Source: Chloroflexota bacterium (GTDB lineage: Bacteria > Chloroflexota > UBA6077 > SHYK01). From it: a stretch of DNA of 45,534 bases. Location: contig JAXDLH010000023.1 of the NCBI GenBank assembly GCA_034666705.1, forward strand, positions 1 through 45,534, written 5' to 3'. The translations under genes and the position numbers were made by a program. The notes beneath the pieces are model-generated. The model was not told the DNA's origin. It saw only the letters and a program-made list of their open reading frames with translations, and did not search any database. Below, one piece after another: positions 16,652-24,937 of the stretch; within the stretch, counting starts at the first letter, position 1; each line of letters begins with the position of its first letter.

Positions 16652-18724
16652 CTAGCAGCTGACGAGGACTCCATTCGACGGAGTCGATTGCCCGCTTGTC
16701 GCCCCGTTCGCAGTGGCGATCACTGCGAAGTACCAGGTGCCTGTAGTCGGCACCGTGACCTGGGTCGACGTTGTGGTTACCGTACCACCGTACGTCGTGA
16801 GGCTACCTGGAGTCGTGCCATAGTACACAGCGTAGTTAGTTGCGGATGCCACCCCGGTCCAGTTGACCTGGATGGTACGGCACCCATTGAGCAGTCCTGC
16901 CTGTACGTTCGCGGGGGGCTGAATCGTGGTGTTGCAGGTATTGTTGAACGTCCCGAACTGGCTACAGCCGAAGTTATTGTTCGAGCAGGATGCATATTGG
17001 CCCGGCGTATAGAGACAATACTGCGAGCCCGGGCACGGCTGATTCACCGGGTATCCAGTTTGTGCATTCGGGAACGAGGGGTTGCACTGGGTACTGCCGC
17101 ATCCCGTGTTGTAGAAGGTCGTGGTGCACGAGCCATAGAAATTGCCGTTGCACGACGGATAGGTCGCAGCCGCATTCACCTGGTTGCAGTACTGCGAGCC
17201 CGGACACGGCCCGTACGGGAGCGACGAGTTAACGGTCGGGAACGTGGGATTGCATGCCGAGGAGCCGGTGGCGCAGCCACCATACACACTGCCCGACGTG
17301 CAGTTATTGGTACACCCGCCGTAGAAATTGTTCGCGGTCGAACAGTTGTTGTAGAGCGAGTTCGTACACGACGGGTAGGATGCCGGGCTCTGCGTGCAGT
17401 ATGTCGAGCCGGGACACGGCACGTTGTTGACGCCCGTGTTATTCGTTGGGAACCCGGGGTTACACGAGGTGTTGTAGCCGTTGTTGATGCAGTTGACACT
17501 CGTGCCGTAGAAGTTGGTGTTGGTGCCGTAGGAGTTGGTGGTGTTCACGCAGTTGCCGTTGTAGACGTTACTGAGGTTGTTGATGCTGGACGTGGCGGAC
17601 ACAGTAACCGCCACCGAGTCCGATACGGTACCGCCGGTCACGTCTGCCGCGGCGGTAAGGGTCTGACTGCCGGTGGTCAAGCTCTGCGAGTTCAGCGTGA
17701 ACGTCCACCCGCCGGTCACCGAGCCCGTGCGGCCACTCGCGCAGACGCTCGCCAGGTTGGTGGTCGACTGGCCGGTGGTGGCATTGCCGAGCAGCGTGCC
17801 ATTGAGGCCGCCAGCGTAGATGCGCACGTTGGTTGCCGGCTGGCCGGTGGTGCAGTCGACGGCGTAGCCGCTAACGGTGTAGGAGCCGCTCACGGTCGCG
17901 CCGGTCCCTGGGGTTTGGATCTTCACGACCCCGCTGGGGCCTGCCGGCGCCGAACCGGCCACGATCGTGATCGAGGCGGTCACCGTCTGGCCGCTGCGCG
18001 TCGTCGAGACGTAGATCGTGTGGTTGCTGCCGGCGGGGGTGAGCCCGGAGGCGGTCCAGATGATGTCGTAGCCGCTATTCGCGAGATCGGTGCGGCCCGT
18101 GGCCGTTACCACGTCTGGGCGTGCTCGGTTGACCTGAGCAGTGCCAATTGCCTGACCCTGGCCGGGAGGCCCGTCGAGCGTAGCATTCACCTGGCTGCCG
18201 TCGACCCAGCCGGCGATGTCGATCTGCTGGCCATTGGAGATCGTGGCGCCCGCCGCCGGAGAATCGATCGAGAAGAATGGGGGCTGAACGTTGGCCGCGA
18301 TGGTGGCATACGCCGGCCCACAATTCGTCGTGACGTAGATGTAGAAGAGGTGCCGCCCGCTGGGCACGGTGCTCAGGTCCACGGTGGCCGTGAAGCCAAA
18401 GCTGTCCGTCCGGCCGAGCGCCGCATCGACGTCAGGCCTGGCCCTCGGATTCGCAGTGGCGAGAACGACGCCGCCTTGATCGAGCGTCTTATCGAGGACG
18501 ATCTGGGCCCCGCTGATGCCGCTGCCGTCCGATACGTTCTGGTCTACAGACCAACCCGCGAACGTGAACTGTCCAGAGATATTCGAGTTCGCTATTGGCG
18601 AGTCGATCGTGACGACCGGCGCGCAGTCCTGCTGCGCGGAGGCTGGTAAGACCGGCACCAGGCCGGCTAACAGAAACGCCAGGATCGGAAGGAGACCTAG
18701 CCGCGACGATAGACTCGGTTTCAT
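16652..18724 (-). CDS. secreted multidomain protein: signal peptide, 3 Ig-like modules, Cys-rich triple repeat, C-terminal FN3-like domain
   Basis: ORF 16652..18892 trimmed to ATG 18722-18724, giving MKPSLSSRLGLLPILAFLLAGLVPVLPASA-QQ. Two modules carry the ARPDV motif. A 212-aa N/T/S/G/Y-rich segment has 22 Cys arranged in three repeats. The C-terminus (…IQVNWTGVASATNYAVYYG…GTWYFAVIATANG) looks like fibronectin type III. Confidence 0.8.
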   Translation of the reverse strand: MKPSLSSRLGLLPILAFLLAGLVPVLPASAQQDCAPVVTIDSPIANSNISGQFTFAGWSVDQNVSDGSGISGAQIVLDKTLDQGGVVLATANPRARPDVDAALGRTDSFGFTATVDLSTVPSGRHLFYIYVTTNCGPAYATIAANVQPPFFSIDSPAAGATISNGQQIDIAGWVDGSQVNATLDGPPGQGQAIGTAQVNRARPDVVTATGRTDLANSGYDIIWTASGLTPAGSNHTIYVSTTRSGQTVTASITIVAGSAPAGPSGVVKIQTPGTGATVSGSYTVSGYAVDCTTGQPATNVRIYAGGLNGTLLGNATTGQSTTNLASVCASGRTGSVTGGWTFTLNSQSLTTGSQTLTAAADVTGGTVSDSVAVTVSATSSINNLSNVYNGNCVNTTNSYGTNTNFYGTSVNCINNGYNTSCNPGFPTNNTGVNNVPCPGSTYCTQSPASYPSCTNSLYNNCSTANNFYGGCTNNCTSGSVYGGCATGSSACNPTFPTVNSSLPYGPCPGSQYCNQVNAAATYPSCNGNFYGSCTTTFYNTGCGSTQCNPSFPNAQTGYPVNQPCPGSQYCLYTPGQYASCSNNNFGCSQFGTFNNTCNTTIQPPANVQAGLLNGCRTIQVNWTGVASATNYAVYYGTTPGSLTTYGGTVTTTSTQVTVPTTGTWYFAVIATANGATSGQSTPSNGVLVSC

Positions 18725-18926
18725 CTCGTGCTCCACTGGATTTGACTCGCGCGCGTTTCGCGCGGCGGTTGCCGGGTATGCACGGCTCCAATGAGACGCA
18801 GGGCGGGCCTCGTGCGCACGCGACCCTCCGGTCACGCCACGCTCATCCACATCATACGCCTCTTGCCGATGCAGACGCAGACACCTATGCATTACCTATA
18901 TGTAACGAACCTGACCCGCCGGGTGT

Positions 18927-18940
18927 GACACAATTGTGTC
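18927..18940. promoter_or_regulatory. perfect 14-bp palindrome GACACAATTGTGTC upstream of the secreted-protein gene (candidate operator)
   Basis: Exact dyad in the 261-bp spacer, about 200 nt upstream of start 18724, next to the only AT-rich patch of that spacer (CCTATGCATTACCTATATGTAAC). Confidence 0.3.
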
Positions 18941-18985
18941 GAGGTCCAAACCGACATCCCCCACTTGCCACTTGTTGCCGTGAGG

Positions 18986-19552
18986 CTAGGCGGGTTGGAG
19001 GTACCGCTGGATGACCTCGTCGAGCGGGAGCACCTGCCCATGGAGCACGCTACGCACGATCCGCAGCGCTCCCTCCTGCGCGCCGGGCGGCTCCTGCTCG
19101 CGGTGCACCATCGTGCAGTCCTCGACCACGACGACCTGGTAACGGTACTGGTGAGCGTCCGCTGCCGTCCATAGCACGGTGTTATCGGTGGAGGCCCCGG
19201 CGATGAGTACCATGTCGGCCCCCATCGTGCGCAGCGTGTAGTCCAGGTCGTTGTGCGAGAAGCCGCTGAGATATCGTTTGTAAATCGTGACGTCCTGGTC
19301 GATGGGTTGGAGCTCCGGAATGACCTCGAGCCCTTCGGAGCCCGCCATCATGCGCGACTCCCCGACGTTGTCCGTGGGGCGCCGCATGCTGTGGACGTGG
19401 ATGACCTGCACCCCGGCGGCATGAGCGGCATCTTTGAGGCGCCGCACCCGGGCGACCATGTCATACCCGAAGCCGCCTGGCGCCCAGCCGTAGCCCTTCG
19501 CCATGTCGAGGATAATCACCACTGGTTTGCGGGGCGCCGCCTGCTCTGTCAA
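18986..19552 (-). CDS. isochorismatase-family (cysteine hydrolase-like) protein
   Basis: VVIILDMAKGY (Asp), IYKRYLSGFSHNDLD (Lys) and MVLIAGASTDNTVLWTAADA match the fold. TTG start with GGAG RBS. The usual nucleophile position reads Thr (codon 19178-19180), not Cys. Confidence 0.8.
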   Translation of the reverse strand: MTEQAAPRKPVVIILDMAKGYGWAPGGFGYDMVARVRRLKDAAHAAGVQVIHVHSMRRPTDNVGESRMMAGSEGLEVIPELQPIDQDVTIYKRYLSGFSHNDLDYTLRTMGADMVLIAGASTDNTVLWTAADAHQYRYQVVVVEDCTMVHREQEPPGAQEGALRIVRSVLHGQVLPLDEVIQRYLQPA

Positions 19553-19829
19553 AGAAGTCGCTCCTACCCAATTGTCGCGATGCCCAGGGCACAGGCAAAG
19601 CGAGCCGCGTTACGGCGCCTGCCCGGCCGACCGAGGGTCCGAATGAGCATACCGCGATTCGCATGACACACGCGGACCGCGACGCGGCGAGGGCCCGCAC
19701 GAGGCTCACGCTTTCCTCAGCACGTAGCTGGCGACTACACTCCCCGCAAGAGGCCTTTGTGCGCGGCCAACAGATTTCCCCCATACTCCCGCGATGTCCG
19801 CGCGAACCGCGAACGGAGGGCATTCTTCT

Positions 19830-21497
19830 ATGAGGCATAGCAACTATCGTCTCGGCACCATTCTCCTGAGTGTGGCGATGCTCGCTATGGCATGCAGTGG
19901 GCCCGGCGCCGGGCAAACGGGCGGCAACCAGGGGGCGGGCGGTGAGCAGCGCAACGGCGGCACCCTGCGGATTGCGACCCTGGGCAGCCTGCCGACGATC
20001 CTCCATCCGTATCCGCAGGCCGAGCATTACTCGGATCAGCTCGTCAACGAGGGTGCGGTGATGGGCGCCGGCCTGATCAATCTCGACGACAACACCCTCG
20101 AGTTCGGAGCGGACCAGAACTACGTGATGGCCACCGGATTGCCGACGATCTCGGCTGACGGGCGCACCTTCACCTTCACGCTCCGGAGCGACATCAAGTG
20201 GAGCGACGGCAAACCTATCACCTCCGCGGATTTCCTCTACGCGTGGCAGAATGCCTCTAAGGAGGAGAACAACTGGGTGGGATTCGACGACGTGGACCAT
20301 TTCGAATCGTTCGCCACGCCGGACGCACGCACGATCGTCGTCACGCTCAAGGATCGTTTTGCGCGCTTCGTAGCGATGAGCTACGCCGCTGGGATCGGGC
20401 CGGTGCCGCGCCAGGTCTGGGAGGGCAAGCCGTGGTACGACCCGCAGGCGAACCCGGAGATCACCAAGCCCACCGTAGTGAATGGGCCATGGATGCCCAA
20501 GGACTTCTCCACCGAGCACCATACCTACCAGCGAAACCCGAATTGGTGGGGTAAGCAGCCGAACATCGACCAGATCGACTTCGTCTCCGCCAGCCCGGAT
20601 ACCACGCTGGAGCTCCTCCGCACCGGGCAAGTGGAATGGGCGATGAACTTCCCTCCATCCCAGTTTCAGACGGCCAAAAGTCTGGCTAACGCGAACGTAT
20701 TCAACTGGACGAGCGCCTCTGGCTTGTACCGGGTGTTGCTCTTTAACCTGCAGCGTCCTCAGCTCAGGGATAAGCGAGTCCGCGAGGCGCTGTCGCGCGC
20801 CATCAATCGCGCTGACTTCGTGCAGTTCGAGGAGAACCTCGCGCAGCCGCAGCTTGGGCTGTTGCCCGCGAGCAACACGAAGTGGCTCAACGAGAACGTC
20901 GAGCATTACGACTTCGACGTGAACCGCGCCAAGCAGCTCCTGCCGGACGCCGGCTATCGGCTGGACGGGAAAGGAGCGCTGCGCGATGGGTCGGGGACCC
21001 AGCTCAATCTGGAGATCATCTACCCCACCACGAGCCAGCCGCGGCAGCGCGGGGCGACCTACATCCAGCAGCAGTGGAAGCAGTTGGGCGTGGACGTGAG
21101 CGTGACGGGCCTGGAGGCCAACGCCTTCTTCGCGAAATATGGGCGGCAAAAGGATTTCGACGTCGCGATGGGTAGCTACGGCGGGGGAACCCCGGACCCG
21201 ATCGTCCTCGAGAGCCAGGTCAAGACCGATGGGCAGCAGAACTCGGACGGCTATAGCAACCCGCGCGTCGATCAGTTGCTGCTGCAGGGCATCGTCGAGC
21301 AGGACGATACGCGCCGCAAGGCGATTTACGACGAGCTGCAGAAGATCGTGACCGACGATCTGCCTTTCTTCAACCTGATCACCGTGCAAAGCATCACGGC
21401 GATCGACAAGAAGGTCGCCGGGGCGAGCCCGAGTAAGGGCGATAACATGCTGACGGCGAACAACATGCAGATTCTCGACTGGTCGATCAAACAGTAG
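19830..21497 (+). CDS. ABC transporter substrate-binding lipoprotein, family 5 (peptide/nickel/opine type)
   Basis: Start at ATG 19830 (GGAGGG RBS) gives MRHSNYRLGTILLSVAMLAMAC-SG (lipobox). Has the SBP_bac_5 pattern (…LRIATLGSLPTILHPY…, TFTFTLRSDIKWSDGKPITSADF). Confidence 0.9.
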   Translation: MRHSNYRLGTILLSVAMLAMACSGPGAGQTGGNQGAGGEQRNGGTLRIATLGSLPTILHPYPQAEHYSDQLVNEGAVMGAGLINLDDNTLEFGADQNYVMATGLPTISADGRTFTFTLRSDIKWSDGKPITSADFLYAWQNASKEENNWVGFDDVDHFESFATPDARTIVVTLKDRFARFVAMSYAAGIGPVPRQVWEGKPWYDPQANPEITKPTVVNGPWMPKDFSTEHHTYQRNPNWWGKQPNIDQIDFVSASPDTTLELLRTGQVEWAMNFPPSQFQTAKSLANANVFNWTSASGLYRVLLFNLQRPQLRDKRVREALSRAINRADFVQFEENLAQPQLGLLPASNTKWLNENVEHYDFDVNRAKQLLPDAGYRLDGKGALRDGSGTQLNLEIIYPTTSQPRQRGATYIQQQWKQLGVDVSVTGLEANAFFAKYGRQKDFDVAMGSYGGGTPDPIVLESQVKTDGQQNSDGYSNPRVDQLLLQGIVEQDDTRRKAIYDELQKIVTDDLPFFNLITVQSITAIDKKVAGASPSKGDNMLTANNMQILDWSIKQ

Positions 21498-21514
21498 GGT
21501 AGTAGGGACAGGTC

Positions 21515-22450
21515 GTGCGTTCGTTCCTCGTTCGGCGGCTCGTGCAGTCGGTCGTCCTGCTGTGGCTGCTGATGACCTTCACCTTCGCACTCACGCGGCT
21601 GGCGCCCGGTGGACCGGATGCCATCCTGGCCGAGCAACCGAACCTGAAGGCGGATCAAGTCGAACGCCTGCGCCGGCAGCTCGGCCTGGACGATCCGCTG
21701 CCGGAGGCGTATGCGAAGTGGATGGTCAACGCGGTCCGCTTCGATTTCGGCCGCTCGTACCATTACCTGCGGTCGCCACTGGAGGTCATGGGTGAACGGA
21801 TCTGGCCGACGGTGCAGCTCGAGGCCGTAGCGCTTCTCATTGGGTTGCTTGGCATTCCGCTCGGCGTCATCGCGGCGCTGCATCGAGGGCGGGCACCAGA
21901 TATCGCGATCCGCGTGTTCACCGTGCTCGGCGCGACGATGCCGAGCTGGTGGCTGGCCCTGGTGGCGATCGTGATCCTTGCGACCGTGATCGGTTGGTTC
22001 CCGAATGGCCAGGGCACGGCCAATCCCGGGGATTGGCTGGCGCACATCATCCTGCCGGCATTCATCCTGTCGTTGGGGACGATCGTCGCCTTCAGCCGGT
22101 ACGTGCGCAGTCAGGTCCTTGAGGTCGTCGAGCAGGACTACGTCCGCACGGCGCGGGCCAAGGGGTTGTCAGAGTTCATCGTCTCCCGGCGCCACATCCT
22201 GCGCAATGCGCTGCTGCCCCTGGTCACGCTGTTCGGCGGCGTGCTCCCGGGGTTGATCGGGGGCGCGGCGCTCGTCGAGGGGATCTTCAATTGGCCGGGC
22301 ATGGGCCGCCTCTTCCTGGAGGCCGCCGCCACCCGCGACTATCCGCTCCTCCTGGCGATGACGACCGTGCTCACGGTCGCCACGATGCTCGGCACCCTGC
22401 TGGCGGACCTGCTCTACGGCTTCGTCGACCCCCGGATTCGCTATGCATGA
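21515..22450 (+). CDS. ABC transporter permease (DppB/OppB-like)
   Basis: 311 aa. N-terminal FLVRRLVQSVVLLWLLMTFTF and EAA-loop YVRTARAKGLSEFIVSRRHILRNAL. Confidence 0.9.
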   Translation: MRSFLVRRLVQSVVLLWLLMTFTFALTRLAPGGPDAILAEQPNLKADQVERLRRQLGLDDPLPEAYAKWMVNAVRFDFGRSYHYLRSPLEVMGERIWPTVQLEAVALLIGLLGIPLGVIAALHRGRAPDIAIRVFTVLGATMPSWWLALVAIVILATVIGWFPNGQGTANPGDWLAHIILPAFILSLGTIVAFSRYVRSQVLEVVEQDYVRTARAKGLSEFIVSRRHILRNALLPLVTLFGGVLPGLIGGAALVEGIFNWPGMGRLFLEAAATRDYPLLLAMTTVLTVATMLGTLLADLLYGFVDPRIRYA

Positions 22451-22510
22451 GGATGATCAGGCCGGCGTGCGCCTTCGTCGCTTTCGCGGTAGCGTCGGCA
22501 GCCGAGGAGC

Positions 22511-22540
22511 ACGTCATCCTGAGCGAAGCGAAGGATCCGT
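22511..22540. repeat. hairpin repeat, GAG-N5-CGA loop family (copy H2), between the two permease genes
   Basis: Stem ATCCT(22516-20)/AGGAT(22532-36), loop GAGCGAAGCGA. Spurious ORFs across it translate as VILSEAKDP (+) and ILRFAQDD (-). Confidence 0.6.
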
Positions 22541-22621
22541 GGCCCTAACGTCGGCGGGACGGATCTTTCGGCCTGGACCCCCCTGGCGGAGCCTCGGCAT
22601 GACAATTCCCCTGGGGCCGAC

Positions 22622-23584
22622 ATGACGTCGCTCGAGGAGCCCACGCAGCGAGCTGAGCTGGCCGCCCCGCAGCGGTTGCTGAAGCCCATGACGGATGACG
22701 ACCTCCGGCGGCCGTCGCGCGGCTTCTATGCGCGCGCCTGGCGTACATTTCGCCGCGACCCCGTCAGCCTGGCGGCATCGGCGGTGCTCGGGGTGATCGT
22801 GCTGATCACGCTCACGGCCCCGGCCATCGCGGGTCTGGTGCTGCATTCGAGCCCAGAGGAGATCATGCGCACGCCAGACGGGCGCATCGCCATTTTGCAG
22901 CCACCGGGTCCGGGCTACCCGCTCGGGACCGACGACCTCGGCCGCGACGTGCTCACGCGACTGATGTTCGCCGGTCAGGTCTCGCTTACGATCGGCTTTC
23001 TCGTGGCGGCAATCTCGATCACCGTCGGTACGGCGGCGGGGCTGGCGGCGGGCTACTTCGGCGGGCGCGTCGACGACGTCGTCAATGCGATGGTCCAATT
23101 CATCTTCAACATCCCCGGCCTGTTCGTCCTCATCCTGCTCGCGACGCTGCTCCGGCCGAATGTGCTGGTGCTGTCGCTGATCTTCGGATTCTTCTTCTGG
23201 CCCGGCACCGCCCGACAGGTACGCGGCGTGGCGCTCGGGGTGCGTGCGCTGGACTACGTAATGGCCGCGCGGGCGTTGGGCGGGAGCGATCTGCGCATTA
23301 TCGCGCGACATCTCATGCCGAACGTGGCGAACGTCGTGATGGTGACCGCAGGATTGGACGTCGCGGGGGCGATTTTGGGGGAGTCCGCGCTGAGCTTTCT
23401 GGGCTTTGGCGTACAGGTCCCGCTCGCCAGTTGGGGCAATATGCTCTCCGGCTCGCAGGAGCTGTTTCGTCGCGCCCCCTGGCTCGTCTATCCACCGGGG
23501 CTGATGATCTTCGCCACGGTGCTCTCAGTCGTGCTCCTCGCCGACGGACTGCGCGACGCCTTCGACCCGCGCCTGCAGCGTTAG
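22622..23584 (+). CDS. ABC transporter permease (DppC/OppC-like)
   Basis: 320 aa. PLGTDDLGRDVLTRLMFAGQVSL and EAA-loop YVMAARALGGSDLRIIARHLMPNV. Confidence 0.9.
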   Translation: MTSLEEPTQRAELAAPQRLLKPMTDDDLRRPSRGFYARAWRTFRRDPVSLAASAVLGVIVLITLTAPAIAGLVLHSSPEEIMRTPDGRIAILQPPGPGYPLGTDDLGRDVLTRLMFAGQVSLTIGFLVAAISITVGTAAGLAAGYFGGRVDDVVNAMVQFIFNIPGLFVLILLATLLRPNVLVLSLIFGFFFWPGTARQVRGVALGVRALDYVMAARALGGSDLRIIARHLMPNVANVVMVTAGLDVAGAILGESALSFLGFGVQVPLASWGNMLSGSQELFRRAPWLVYPPGLMIFATVLSVVLLADGLRDAFDPRLQR

Positions 23585-23664
23585 GTCTGGATCACGATCC
23601 CCCGGCGGTGCGGACGCATACCCCGGGCATTCAGCGCAAAGACTTACGGTGCGGGAGCCGCGAG

Positions 23665-24564
23665 GTGAGCAAGGTCCGATCGCTGGCCGAGGCCGCGGCG
23701 CTCGTGAAGGATGGCGACCATCTGGCGATGGGCGGGTTCTCGTGCGCCCGCAATGCGATTGCCTTCTCCCACGAGTTGATTCGTCAGGAGAAACGCGAGC
23801 TAACGCTGTCCGGGTGCGTGCTCGGGATGGATGCCGACCTGCTCGTCGGCGCCGGGGCGGCGCGGCGGCTGATCTTCGGCGGCAGCAACGTCGACCGCTA
23901 CGGATCGACGAATTGTACGAACCGGGCGATCGAGCGCGGCGACGTGATCGCGGAGAACTATAGCGCCCTTGCGGTGAGCTTTCGCTACCTCGCCGGCGCG
24001 CTCGGTGTGCCATTTCTGCCGATCAAATCGATGCTCGGCTCGGACCTGCTCGCCGGTCTGCGGGCGACGGCGCCGGAAAACCTGCGAGAGATGGACTGCC
24101 CATTTACGGGCGAGCACGTTGCGCTGCTCCGCGCGTTGACGCCGGACGTTGCCGTCGTGCAGGTGCAGATGGCAGATGATGAGGGCAACGCGCGGATCTA
24201 CGGTCCGCGCTGGGAGAACCGCGAGGCGACCCGGTCCGCGCGGCAGGTGGTGGTCATCACCGAGGAGTTGGTGCCGACCGAAGTCATTCGTCAACAGCCG
24301 GAGCTGACCGTCATTCCCGGCTTCCGGGTCAGCGCGGTCGTGCCACTCCCCTTCGGCGCCCACCCTACCCCACTCTATCGCTGCTACGACGCGGACGAGG
24401 CTCACCTCGAGCGGTACGTACGCCAATCTCGCAGCGAAGCCGGCATCGGGGAGTACCTCGACGAGTACGTCCGCGGGCCGGGCGACCATTATGGCTATCT
24501 CGCACGGGCCGGCGGCCTCGCCGCACTTGCCGGCTTGCGCGCCGACCCCGCGCGCGGTTACTGA
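23665..24564 (+). CDS. CoA-transferase subunit A (glutaconate/3-oxoacid CoA-transferase family I)
   Basis: ORF 23431..24564 trimmed to GTG 23665 (GGGAG RBS), giving VSKVRSLAEAAALVKDGDHLAMGGFSCARNAIAFSHELIR…, the typical alpha-subunit N-terminus. Confidence 0.85.
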   Translation: MSKVRSLAEAAALVKDGDHLAMGGFSCARNAIAFSHELIRQEKRELTLSGCVLGMDADLLVGAGAARRLIFGGSNVDRYGSTNCTNRAIERGDVIAENYSALAVSFRYLAGALGVPFLPIKSMLGSDLLAGLRATAPENLREMDCPFTGEHVALLRALTPDVAVVQVQMADDEGNARIYGPRWENREATRSARQVVVITEELVPTEVIRQQPELTVIPGFRVSAVVPLPFGAHPTPLYRCYDADEAHLERYVRQSRSEAGIGEYLDEYVRGPGDHYGYLARAGGLAALAGLRADPARGY

Positions 24565-24600
24565 GATATCGAGATCGGTGAAGGAAGAATTGCGGCCTGC

Positions 24601-24825
24601 GTGATCCTTCGACAAGCTTAGCAACGGTCTTGCAGCGTCAAGGTACCTGGGTGGGGTGCACATGGGGTGGCAACCTCCCAGGGGTGAGCGAAGGCGCAGG
24701 ACGCGAACGGGATGGGCGAAGGGCGCAGGGCGCGAACCGGATGAGCGGGGCCAAGGATCGCGCGCACGGGCCTCTGCTCATCCTGCGCCCCGCTCGTCCT
24801 GAGCTTGTCGAAGGACACGAGCTGG
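24601..24825. repeat. repeat cluster inside the CoA-transferase A/B spacer
   Basis: Contains a decayed reverse copy (GATCCTTCGACAAGCTTAGC, 24603-24622). Also a ~30-nt tandem duplication (24686-24714 / 24715-24743), inverted arms GGATGAGCGGGGC(24739-51)/GCCCCGCTCGTCC(24787-99), and hairpin H3: stem GTCCT(24796-800)/AGGAC(24812-16) with loop GAGCTTGTCGA. Confidence 0.55.
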
Positions 24826-24937
24826 ACGAGCGGAGGTGAAGGAGCACATCCTGCGTTTGTCCAAGGATGCAAGTGCCCAACCACGCGAGCAGGTTGCGTG
24901 AGGAACAGATCTGGCAGCGTCGCCTGGTGGGAGAGAA

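Noticed and set aside
16646-18649. 667-aa plus-strand ORF antisense to the secreted-protein gene, and similar long antisense or overlapping ORFs (10914..12245, 19461..21389, 38665..39963, 8305..9288, 9373..10344, 33866..35281, 41292..42494)
   Set aside because: Their translations are Arg/Ala/Gly/Pro-rich low-complexity sequence with no motifs. This is typical of stop-poor alternative frames in GC-rich DNA. Each is fully covered by an opposite-strand gene with clear family motifs and an RBS.
22441-22689. Small ORFs crossing intergenic repeats (22441..22689, 22291..22548, 24630..24839, 24618..25079, 40338..40520, 15071..15286, 35739..36077, 35491..36090)
   Set aside because: Their only conserved-looking peptides (ILRFAQDD, VILSEAKDP, SFDKLR(M/T)SG, RPELVEG, RLRANGCN) are translations of the hairpin repeats in either orientation. 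There is no RBS, and the frames differ between copies.
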